A stretch of DNA of 60,390 nucleotides from an uncultured Bacteroidales bacterium (GTDB taxonomy: Bacteria; Bacteroidota; Bacteroidia; Bacteroidales; UBA4417), in the NCBI GenBank assembly GCA_903913645.1, contig CAIWMA010000231.1, positions 1 to 60,390 on the forward strand. Direction: 5' to 3'. Made by a program: the position numbers and the translations under genes. The notes beneath the pieces were generated by a model that was not told where the DNA came from, ran no database searches, and saw nothing but the letters and a program-made list of their open reading frames with translations. Below are positions 22,485 through 32,436 of this stretch, piece after piece; within the stretch, counting starts at the first letter, position 1, and each line of letters starts with the position of its first letter.

Positions 22485-23291
22485 TTATTTTATCCCGTAA
22501 TGCGGTGCCAGTATTTTCATAAACCAGGATGAAGGCAGAATATTTTTCAGAACCACTGCCAGTTTTTGCTCAACACTCGCAATAACATACCGTTGGCATG
22601 GATTCTTTGATTCAATAATTTTCACAAGTTTTTTGGCAAGAACTTCGGGCGCCCAGCCTCCATTTTCATCCTTCTCAATAATAGCCAATGATTTCGCGAA
22701 TTGCTCAGCATAAGGATCATTAGCTGCTTTGGTCAGAAAGTTTCGGCGGTTGGCAGTATTATTGGTGTGGAAATCACCAGGATTGATAAGAACAACCTTT
22801 ATATTGAATTGCTTTACTTCCATGCGCAATGCTTCGCTTATTCCTTCAATGGCAAATTTGCTGGCCGAATAGAATCCCTGGAAAGGCAAGCCCATCAGTC
22901 CGCCGATGGAACTAAAATTAATAATTGTTCCTTCCTTTTGTTTTCGCATGGCAGGTAATACTTCCTTAAGCATGTATACCAATCCCATGACGTTAGTATC
23001 CATCTGTAGCCGGATATTCTCAACAGGTGCAGATTCAATAGCTCCACCTGTATGTACTCCGGCATTGTTTATCAGGACATCTATTTTGCCTTCTTTTTGT
23101 AAAACTGATCCTACAGCCAGTTTAATTGATTCAGGATCAGTGAGGTCCATTTTCAGAACATTAACATTTGCTATGGTTTCGGCCTCTTTACGAACTGTAC
23201 CGTAAACGATATGCCCTTTTGCAGCAAGCAATTCAGCTGTCTTTTTTCCAAATCCTGATGAAATACCGGTTATAAATACAACTTTTTGCAT
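22485..23291 (-). CDS. SDR oxidoreductase, candidate 3-ketosphinganine (3-ketodihydrosphingosine) reductase
   Basis: TGISSGFG, NNAG, YSASK; begins 32 nt after the spt stop codon in the same orientation. Confidence 0.8.
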   Translation of the reverse strand: MQKVVFITGISSGFGKKTAELLAAKGHIVYGTVRKEAETIANVNVLKMDLTDPESIKLAVGSVLQKEGKIDVLINNAGVHTGGAIESAPVENIRLQMDTNVMGLVYMLKEVLPAMRKQKEGTIINFSSIGGLMGLPFQGFYSASKFAIEGISEALRMEVKQFNIKVVLINPGDFHTNNTANRRNFLTKAANDPYAEQFAKSLAIIEKDENGGWAPEVLAKKLVKIIESKNPCQRYVIASVEQKLAVVLKNILPSSWFMKILAPHYGIK

Positions 23292-23323
23292 GAGGATTTT
23301 TTAAATCTAAAGTGAATGAGTAA

Positions 23324-24529
<1,206 letters not shown>

Positions 24530-24558
24530 TTACTCTAAGAAGTTACGATTTATTGACA

Positions 24559-24566
24559 CAAAAGTA
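24559..24566 (-). promoter_or_regulatory. -7 promoter element (TACTTTTG) upstream of spt
   Basis: + strand CAAAAGTA about 30 nt before the spt start. Confidence 0.5.
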
Positions 24567-24787
24567 ATGAAAAATTAATTGCGGATTAGATCGAATTACA
24601 GGAATTTATGAATTTTAACAGGATCAAGCAATTGTCAGTCTATTTAAAAACCTTAAAATCCACGATATCCTTACGCCGGGAAATAGTGCTTTATATTTGT
24701 AATTACAAATATAAAAACATGTAAATGAATTGATTAGTGAAATTATATAGATAGGAAAACTGCTTTTTAGTTCTCGGAATAAAGTTA

Positions 24788-25681
24788 TTAATCTTCGTCC
24801 GACTTTTTAAGTTTCCATCTGCGGTGAGTCCAGAGCCAGTATTGAGGTGCTTTGTGTATGTCTTTTTCCAGCATACGCAAATGGCTTTCCGTGATTTCGC
24901 CTGGTTTTGTCTTCGATGCATCCTCACAAATCAATTGGGTACGAAAAATATATTTTCCTCTTTTTACCCGTTCGAGGCTGCCATAAAGTACTGCCATCTG
25001 GAGTTTTTGTGCAATTTTTTCGGAACCGGTGGATACAGCTGTTTCCTGGTTCAGGAATTGTGCCCAGTAAGCACCTTTGCGCCTTGGCGCCTGGTCACTC
25101 AGAAAGGCAGTCATGTTTAACTCATTTCGATTTTCTAACATTCCTTTTAAGGTTCCAGCCATGGTATACAATTTACAACTGGTGCTGGTTCGCAGGTGCG
25201 AAAACAACCGATCGAAATACGGATTGCTTAAAGGATGATAAATGACATAAGTCTGAAATTCAGTTTGTAAAGGTAATCCGGAAGGGCAATATTCCCAGTT
25301 GCCATAATGACCGATTACTACAATTGCACTCCTTCCTCTGTCATGTAAGCCCTTGAATTGAGCAAGAGTCTCCGTATCCATTTTACAACGTTCAAGTTTC
25401 TGCTTTTTGCTCATGGTAAGGAGTTTCATCATTTCGAAAAGCATATCCGTAAAATACCTGTAAAATTTACATTCGATAAATTTTAGTTCTGCTTGAGATT
25501 TTTCAGGAAACGAATTGGCAAGGTTCATTCTGACAATTCTACGCCTGTATCCGAATACATAATAAATCAGCAGGAAAAACAAATCCGAAAATATGAAAAC
25601 TACAGCCCATGGCAGAACCGAAAAAAAATACATTAAGGGTAGAGCAATGTAATATGCTAATGCGTTACTGAACTTTTTCAT
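24788..25681 (-). CDS. LpxL/HtrB-family lysophospholipid (lipid A) acyltransferase
   Basis: N-terminal membrane anchor, YRRRIVRMNL..SFPE, HYGNWE (HxxxxE), SDQAP, PQYWLWTHRRWK. Confidence 0.88.
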   Translation of the reverse strand: MKKFSNALAYYIALPLMYFFSVLPWAVVFIFSDLFFLLIYYVFGYRRRIVRMNLANSFPEKSQAELKFIECKFYRYFTDMLFEMMKLLTMSKKQKLERCKMDTETLAQFKGLHDRGRSAIVVIGHYGNWEYCPSGLPLQTEFQTYVIYHPLSNPYFDRLFSHLRTSTSCKLYTMAGTLKGMLENRNELNMTAFLSDQAPRRKGAYWAQFLNQETAVSTGSEKIAQKLQMAVLYGSLERVKRGKYIFRTQLICEDASKTKPGEITESHLRMLEKDIHKAPQYWLWTHRRWKLKKSDED

Positions 25682-25813
25682 ATTATCAATGCCGGTTGAA
25701 ATGCAAAATCCAGATCAGAAACTGCTGCATCTGTTTGATGTAAAACTAGCAAATTTAAGGAGTTCATGTGAATTATCCCAAAATCACACTAATATGATTT
25801 CAGGATAATCATT

Positions 25814-26092
25814 TCAAACTACCTTACAGAAGTAGGTATGGATTTCGGAATCAGATACTGATTCCACATAAGCCGAAAAGCCTATTTCTCTAATTTTTTC
25901 GATCAGCGGCATAGGTTTAAAAGGTGTAATAAGTTCAAATACCTGGCCAGGTTTCATACCGGAAGTTATTTTAACTGCTTCAGCCAAAGGATGTTGTCCC
26001 GCTTGCAGCATTTCGCGAGCATCCAGTGATTTACTAACTAAAGCGCCATTGAACCAGCCTGGTTTTTCGTTTAAGTTGTTGTTAGTGTTCAT
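25814..26092 (-). CDS. Small DUF2249/SirA-like domain protein
   Basis: LDAREMLQAGQHP, LITPFKPMPLI motifs; follows the DUF438 gene. Confidence 0.6.
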   Translation of the reverse strand: MNTNNNLNEKPGWFNGALVSKSLDAREMLQAGQHPLAEAVKITSGMKPGQVFELITPFKPMPLIEKIREIGFSAYVESVSDSEIHTYFCKVV

Positions 26093-26180
26093 GTTTTCGT
26101 TGGTTTGATTTTGTGCTGCAGCTATGCACAGCGATTTCCTATTTTATTTTATACTATTTTCTATTAACCATTAACCATTT

Positions 26181-27434
26181 TTACTTTGATCCGTACGAAA
26201 GCAATCTCTGCTCACCTTTCAGGGCTCGCAGTTCAGTCAAATCCTGTGAGAATTCAATAGTTCCCAAATAGTTGCCATCTTTATCGCGAAGCGGGAAATA
26301 ATTGATATAAATGAATTTTCCCTGCATCTGAATCCAGAAAGGCGCAGCAGTTTCTTTCCCGCTTTTAAAATCTTTCAGAATCTGATCTACAATATGCATG
26401 CTATGAGGTGGATGACACATACGAACATCGCGACCAAGTATGGCCCTGTTCCGGTCAAAAATGCGATGATTCCCCTGTGTGAAGAATTTTACCTTATCAT
26501 CCTTATCCACAAAAGTAACATCAATTGGCAACGTATTCAGCAGAATAGTTAATTCATCAATAGTGAAACTACCACTTGGCAGGAGAACTTTCTCTCGGGC
26601 AAATTCGTTGTGTAAATCAGGCGATATGTTTTCCACCGATACCGGTAACCATTCTTCTGTTGGATCAAATAAGCAATAACCAATTTCATTGGTTTGCTTT
26701 AAAACCTCATACCATTCCTGGTCTGTGAGTTCGTCCATGGCTATAGGAAAAAGAATTTCATCTTCCTTCATGATCATGTCAGTAATTGATTTGGATGCAG
26801 GAGCTAGAACAATCGCAATAATATCAGTTAATTCAACTACTGTTGCTCCCATCGAATTTTGCAGGACTTCTATTGCATTTTTCAGCGAAGCCCGGGTTTC
26901 GTCGTGCTTGCCCCACATAACGGTTGGCGGCCCGGTGATCCCTTTTGCTTCCAGGAATGGGAAAAGCAGGTTTTCTTTGCGCCTGTAATGTTTGTCAACA
27001 TCCGTTAATGCATTAAAAATGGAAAGCATTTGAATCACCATTTCGTCGTTAATTTCAGTACTATTGATTTCAGCAGCTTTTTTAATTCGTTCAAACAAAG
27101 CAGTGAGTTGAAGCCCCCGTTTTTCGAGCTCACGGTTCTCTTTTTTGAAAGTATCAACCGGGTGGCCTGCCGGAATAGTTTTGGCCGCCGAATGATCAAT
27201 GTTGCCGTCGAGAACCATGGAGTGGATATCGCAAAGTTTCAAAACTTCCTCTACAGGAAGTCCTTCTTTAATAAGTTCCTGCTCAACTTCAACCACTTCA
27301 TCATAAGGTATGCCTTTAAGCAGATTGGTAAGCTGCATCTTAATTGCTTCGGGAGCTTCGCCTTTGTGCAATTGAAGTATCATGTGTTTCAGGAGTTCTT
27401 TCCTGTTTTCCGAATTATTTATTAACTCGCTCAT
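26181..27434 (-). CDS. DUF438 + hemerythrin-like + PAS domain protein
   Basis: EQEL..EG.P..EV.KLCDIH, GHPVDTFKKEN, HYRRKENLLFP, PPTVMWGKHDE, PAS_10 motif TFVDKDDKV..CHPPHS. Confidence 0.88.
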   Translation of the reverse strand: MSELINNSENRKELLKHMILQLHKGEAPEAIKMQLTNLLKGIPYDEVVEVEQELIKEGLPVEEVLKLCDIHSMVLDGNIDHSAAKTIPAGHPVDTFKKENRELEKRGLQLTALFERIKKAAEINSTEINDEMVIQMLSIFNALTDVDKHYRRKENLLFPFLEAKGITGPPTVMWGKHDETRASLKNAIEVLQNSMGATVVELTDIIAIVLAPASKSITDMIMKEDEILFPIAMDELTDQEWYEVLKQTNEIGYCLFDPTEEWLPVSVENISPDLHNEFAREKVLLPSGSFTIDELTILLNTLPIDVTFVDKDDKVKFFTQGNHRIFDRNRAILGRDVRMCHPPHSMHIVDQILKDFKSGKETAAPFWIQMQGKFIYINYFPLRDKDGNYLGTIEFSQDLTELRALKGEQRLLSYGSK

Positions 27435-27511
27435 ATTTAAAAATATATGGGATTAATTTGGTGCGTTTTTAATTATACGATACACTTTCTGTTCTCTGAA
27501 ATATTACTATG

Positions 27512-27519
27512 CAAAGATA
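27512..27519 (-). promoter_or_regulatory. -7 promoter element (TATCTTTG) upstream of the DUF438 gene
   Basis: + strand CAAAGATA in the divergent intergenic region. Confidence 0.45.
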
Positions 27520-27705
27520 TATAATAATTTAAGTACAATAATACCTAAATAAAATATTTATATTAAATTCCTGGGAAAAGTAAGAAAGGTGTTTAAATAA
27601 GCTTTAACTAACATAGCAGTTATTCTAAAAGTCAACACATCTTGTATTTATAGATTCAATATTTTTTTATAAGTTTGTTATAACAAATCCTCAAAAACCA
27701 TTTAT

Positions 27706-28398
27706 ATGAAAAACTTTAAAATAGTATTCGTTAGTATACTGGCAGTAGGGCTGAAAGGTGCTGTTATGGCTCAGGATTGCAGCTATTATTCCCTTTCGGA
27801 GGGTATGGTTGCAGCCTATCAAAACCAGGATGCCAAAGGGAAAGTGACCAGTACTAACCGGTCCACCTGTTTGAATGTCAGTAAGGTTGGTAATGCGACG
27901 ATTTACCAAATGAAGAGTGATTATACGGATGCTAAAAATAAAAACCAGACATCGAGAGAATATAAAATGCGATGTGAGGGTGGTGAGTTTTATGTAGATA
28001 TGCAAAGTATGTTGGATCCAAAATCGATGGAAGCTTTTAAAGGGATTGAGGTTAGCGTTGATAGTAAGGATTTGATTTTCCCTTCAGGGTTAGCAGCCGG
28101 CCAAGTGCTTCCGGATGCCAGTATAACTATTTCCGCTGCCTCAGGTGGTGTGAGTCTTTTGAACCTGGTTATAAATATAACCAACCGGCAGGTGGTAGGC
28201 ACCGAAACAGTAACCGTTCCAGCGGGAACATTTGAATGTGTCAAAATTACTTATGATGTAGAAACTAAAATGATGTTCAAAATATACGCTACTGTTACTG
28301 AATATGTTAATATGGGTGTAGGAAATGTGAAAACAGAAACTTTTGATAAAAAAGGGAACCTGTCGGGCACAACGTTGCTTGTTGAGTTGAAACAATAA
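27706..28398 (+). CDS. Secreted hypothetical protein (TapB/DUF3108-like)
   Basis: Signal peptide ending VMA|Q; ETVTVPAGTFECVKI motif; GVGNVKTE. Confidence 0.65.
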   Translation: MKNFKIVFVSILAVGLKGAVMAQDCSYYSLSEGMVAAYQNQDAKGKVTSTNRSTCLNVSKVGNATIYQMKSDYTDAKNKNQTSREYKMRCEGGEFYVDMQSMLDPKSMEAFKGIEVSVDSKDLIFPSGLAAGQVLPDASITISAASGGVSLLNLVINITNRQVVGTETVTVPAGTFECVKITYDVETKMMFKIYATVTEYVNMGVGNVKTETFDKKGNLSGTTLLVELKQ

Positions 28399-28493
28399 TC
28401 CTGGATTATACGTAGTTCAGCCCTTTTGAAATATTCCTGAATGAGCGAAAATTTTGCGACCTTTGTGAAATTATTCTAAAACCCTTACCGATA

Positions 28494-30581
28494 GTGGGAT
28501 TTTCGCTTATTACTTCATACCCAGCATGGTTTTTGTCATTGTGCATCCTGGCAGGTTCGGCTTATGCCAGCTTGCTTTATTTTCGTAATAAAAGCAATGA
28601 TTTCAGCCTCCTAACAACCCGGATACTGGCAATACTACGAGGTGTTTCCGTGACATCGATCGCATTTTTACTGCTTTCGCCATTATTAAAAAGTACTTCA
28701 CGGTATACTGAGAAACCGATTGTTCTTCTTGCTCTCGACAATTCCGGTTCAGTTATCCTTGGCAGGGATTCTGCATATTATAAAAATGAGTTTGTAACTA
28801 AATACCTGCAACTGGCTGACGAGTTGTCGAAAAAATATGAAGTACAAACGTATACATTTGGCGATAAAATTACCCATGGTTCGGATGCCACTTTCACTGA
28901 AAAGCAAACCAATATGGAGGACCTTTTCAAAGAAATACGTGACAGGTATTCAAACCGTAACCTGGGTGCGCTGATCCTTGCCAGTGATGGAATATACAAC
29001 CAGGGTACCGATCCGTTGTATGTTTCGGATAATGCGCCTTACAGCATATATACCATTGCAATGGGAGATACATTGCAGCAGAAGGATATAAAAATTTCGA
29101 GAGTAAATTACAACAGGATAGCCTTCCTTGGAAATGATTTCCCTGTTGAAATAACGGTAACAGCCTTTAAATGTGTCGGTTCTAAAAGTGAATTAAGTGT
29201 TTCTTCTGGTGAACAGCAGTTTTACAAGGAGAACTTCCAGGTCGGGCAGCCAATGTTTACACATACTTTCACAACCAAACTTACGGCCACAAAAACAGGC
29301 ATCCAACGTTACCGTATTGCCGTTCCATCAATTCCGGGCGAAATAAGTAAAGCCAACAATTACCAGGAAATAGTTGTAGAAGTACTGGATAGCCGACAAA
29401 AAATACTTTTACTGCAGGCTGCTCCGCACCCTGATGTTGCTGCTCTGAAACAGGCTATTGAGAAAAACCGCAACTATTCGGTCGATAATTTCATGCTGAG
29501 CGATTTTAATGGATCTATTGCGTCCTACAGCATGGTGATTTTACACCAGGTGCCTTCGGTGAATGATGTCGGATTCCAGGTTACAAACCAATTGAAGACT
29601 ATACCGGTCCCTGTGCTTTATATTATTGGAAGTCAATCAAATATTCCGGCTTATAACAGCTTGATGACTGGTTTACAGATTCCTCAGTCATTGAGTTCAT
29701 TTAATGATGCCACAGGGGTTAAGAATCCTGATTTCAGTCTTTTTTCTCTGGGATCTGAAGTAGAGCATATAATTCCGGAATTTCCGCCGCTTACTGTTCC
29801 TTTCAGCCAATATAAGACTGGTACTGCTGCCCAGGTGCTGTTGTATCAGAAAATAGGTGCCGTGAACACCCGTATTCCATTAATTCTTTTTAACCAGGGC
29901 GTTGACCGCAAATCAGCAACCATTACCGGCGAAGGAATCTGGCGTTGGCGGCTGGCGAATTATGCAAAAGCGGGTAATCAGCAGGCTTTTGATGAACTTT
30001 TTTCCAGAATCATTCAATACCTGGCGGTGAAAGAAGATAAAAGCCAGTTCAGGGTATTGTTAAAGAATAGTTTTTTGGAAACTGAAGTTGTTGAAATTGA
30101 TGCCGAATTATACAATGACAGCTATCAGCTTGTAAATGAACCTGATGTGAATATTGCTATTACGGATCAGAATAAAAAGATGTTCCCATATGCTTTCACC
30201 CGAACATCCAATGCGTATTATCTGAATGCCGGGAGCCTTCCTCCGGGTACATATTCGTATAAAGCAACTACATCTTTTGCTGGTAAAACATTCCAAAAAA
30301 CAGGAATGTTTACAGTTATGTCATTGAATGTTGAATCGATGAATACTGTTGCTAATCACGTTCTGCTCAACAATATGGCAAACCGGCATAAAGGGAAAAT
30401 GGTTTACCCTGCACAAATGGATGAAATTGTGAAATTGCTTGCAGCCCGCGACGATCTAAAGACCATTTCCTACACACAGAAGCGGTATACCGACCTGGTA
30501 AGCTTTTTCCCACTTTTACTGCTTCTTCTAGCGTTACTTTCTGCTGAATGGTTTATCCGCAAGCGGAATGGAAGTTATTGA
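28494..30581 (+). CDS. Membrane-anchored vWA-domain protein (GTG start)
   Basis: Two N-terminal TM helices, MIDAS-like DNSGS...SDG, WRWR motif, C-terminal TM ending EWFIRKRNG. Confidence 0.75.
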   Translation: MGFSLITSYPAWFLSLCILAGSAYASLLYFRNKSNDFSLLTTRILAILRGVSVTSIAFLLLSPLLKSTSRYTEKPIVLLALDNSGSVILGRDSAYYKNEFVTKYLQLADELSKKYEVQTYTFGDKITHGSDATFTEKQTNMEDLFKEIRDRYSNRNLGALILASDGIYNQGTDPLYVSDNAPYSIYTIAMGDTLQQKDIKISRVNYNRIAFLGNDFPVEITVTAFKCVGSKSELSVSSGEQQFYKENFQVGQPMFTHTFTTKLTATKTGIQRYRIAVPSIPGEISKANNYQEIVVEVLDSRQKILLLQAAPHPDVAALKQAIEKNRNYSVDNFMLSDFNGSIASYSMVILHQVPSVNDVGFQVTNQLKTIPVPVLYIIGSQSNIPAYNSLMTGLQIPQSLSSFNDATGVKNPDFSLFSLGSEVEHIIPEFPPLTVPFSQYKTGTAAQVLLYQKIGAVNTRIPLILFNQGVDRKSATITGEGIWRWRLANYAKAGNQQAFDELFSRIIQYLAVKEDKSQFRVLLKNSFLETEVVEIDAELYNDSYQLVNEPDVNIAITDQNKKMFPYAFTRTSNAYYLNAGSLPPGTYSYKATTSFAGKTFQKTGMFTVMSLNVESMNTVANHVLLNNMANRHKGKMVYPAQMDEIVKLLAARDDLKTISYTQKRYTDLVSFFPLLLLLLALLSAEWFIRKRNGSY

Positions 30582-30590
30582 TAGGTTGGG

Positions 30591-30618
30591 AGATAAGAGA
30601 TGAGCTATAAGATATGAG
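30591..30618. repeat. Heptamer tandem repeat (4 units)
   Basis: agataag agatgag ctataag atatgag just after the stop codon. Confidence 0.55.
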
Positions 30619-30674
30619 ATCATAAGGATGTTTTATATGATAAAGTAGAAAGTTTAAACTAAACACCAGTTGAA

Positions 30675-31049
30675 ATGATTACTGAAAAGTCAAAAAATGT
30701 TGACGATTATATTGCCAGCTTTCCTCAAAGCACTCAGGAGATTCTGGAACAATGCCGACAGGCAATAAAAATCTGCGCTCCTCAGGCAATTGAAGTAATC
30801 AGTTATGGCATGCCGGCATTTAAGCTTAACGGAATACTTGTTTGGTTTGCAGGCTATTCAAAACACATTGGCTTTTATCCAAAAGCTTCAGGGATTGAAG
30901 TTTTTAAAGAAAAACTCTCAATCTATAAAAGTGCAAAAGGTTCGGTACAGTTTCCGCTCGATAAACCTCTGCCTATCGAACTGATAACCGAAATCGTAAA
31001 ATACAGAATCACGGAAAACACGCAAAATTCAAAGTTGAAAAAGAAATAA
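30675..31049 (+). CDS. DUF1801/YdhG-like (frataxin-fold) protein
   Basis: VDDYIASFP, EVISYGMPAF, HIGFYP, KGSVQFPLDKPLP. Confidence 0.85.
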   Translation: MITEKSKNVDDYIASFPQSTQEILEQCRQAIKICAPQAIEVISYGMPAFKLNGILVWFAGYSKHIGFYPKASGIEVFKEKLSIYKSAKGSVQFPLDKPLPIELITEIVKYRITENTQNSKLKKK

Positions 31050-31104
31050 ATTCCAAACTCCAAATTCCACACATCACACTCATAACTTACAATCATAATT
31101 CATA
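31048..31104. repeat. Two adjacent heptamer tracts (AAATTCC-like and CATAACT-like)
   Basis: aaattcc aaactcc aaattcc, then tcacact cataact ... cataatt up to the next start codon. Confidence 0.55.
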
Positions 31105-32349
31105 ATGACTCCCCAAGTTCTTTACTACATCATCATTACAATAATCCTGGCTGGCTTTGGCTTCGATCAATGGATCAGTTATTTGAACACTACAACACGG
31201 AGTAACGTTTTACCCGATGTTCTAAAAGGTTTTTATGATGAAGAAACCTATAGCAGGCAGCAGGATTATGATCGTGATAATTACAGGTTTGGCTTAATTT
31301 CTGATATTCTTTCACTATTGGCTATTTTAGGAATGCTTGTTTTTGGCGGTTTCGCCTGGATTGACGGTTTCGTTAGGCTTTATACTGATTCCGGGATTTT
31401 AATGGCAATATTCTTTTTTGGAATAATAGCATTTGCCTCTGATCTGCTCAGTATTCCGATTGAAATATATCACACCTTCGTGATTGAGGAACGGTTTGGA
31501 TTTAATAAAACTACACCTAAAACCTTCGTGATCGATAAGGTGAAAGGCTGGCTTCTGACAGCAGTTATTGGCGGTGGAATTTTGTCATTGATTATTTTTA
31601 TATACGAAAAATCAGGGTCATGGTTCTGGATCCTGGCATGGATATGCATATCTGTTTTTACTTTATTTATCAGTTATTTTTATACCACACTCCTGGTTCC
31701 CATTTTTAATAAACTCACGCCTCTTCCAGCTGGCGAACTTCGCGATGCTATTGAACTGGTTGCAGCACGGGCTGATTTTAACCTGAAAGATATCAGCATC
31801 ATGGATGGATCCAAAAGGAGTACTCGTGGAAATGCCTATTTCAGTGGATTTGGAAGTAAAAAGAGCATTGTGCTTTTCGATACTTTGGTTAATGAACATA
31901 GTGTGGATGAACTTGCAGCTGTGCTTGCGCACGAAATCGGGCATTATAAAAAGAAGCATGTGCTCAAAGGCTTAATATCCGGCATTTTACAAACAGGCGT
32001 ATTGCTTTTTCTATTGTCGCTTTTACTAAAAAGTTCATTGCCAGCTTTAGCTTTGGGTGCTTCAACTGCGTCTTTTCATATTTCGGTAATTGCGTTCGGA
32101 ATTTTATATAGCCCTGTCTCAATGGTATTAGGCATCTTTTTCAATTCCATTTCCCGAAAGCATGAATATGAAGCCGACCGTTTTGCTGTAAGTCTTTCGC
32201 AGCCCGGAGCACTTCAGAAAGCGTTGAAACAACTATCGGTTAAAAACCTGAGTAATCTTACTCCGCATCCCTGGTACGTTTTTATACATTATTCGCATCC
32301 AGCTCTTTTACAGCGTCTTGCGGCTATTGATAGAGCTGAATTGTCGTAA
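31105..32349 (+). CDS. M48 family Ste24/HtpX-like zinc metalloprotease
   Basis: Multiple TM helices, IEERFGFNK, GNAYFSG, HEIGH (HExxH), EYEAD, YSHP. Confidence 0.92.
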   Translation: MTPQVLYYIIITIILAGFGFDQWISYLNTTTRSNVLPDVLKGFYDEETYSRQQDYDRDNYRFGLISDILSLLAILGMLVFGGFAWIDGFVRLYTDSGILMAIFFFGIIAFASDLLSIPIEIYHTFVIEERFGFNKTTPKTFVIDKVKGWLLTAVIGGGILSLIIFIYEKSGSWFWILAWICISVFTLFISYFYTTLLVPIFNKLTPLPAGELRDAIELVAARADFNLKDISIMDGSKRSTRGNAYFSGFGSKKSIVLFDTLVNEHSVDELAAVLAHEIGHYKKKHVLKGLISGILQTGVLLFLLSLLLKSSLPALALGASTASFHISVIAFGILYSPVSMVLGIFFNSISRKHEYEADRFAVSLSQPGALQKALKQLSVKNLSNLTPHPWYVFIHYSHPALLQRLAAIDRAELS

Positions 32350-32436
32350 TGTGGATACGAAAAAGGCAGATTCGAGGAAATGAATTAAAAATGAAGTATT
32401 TTTGTTGCTTAACTTAAAGGAAATTACAACAAACAG

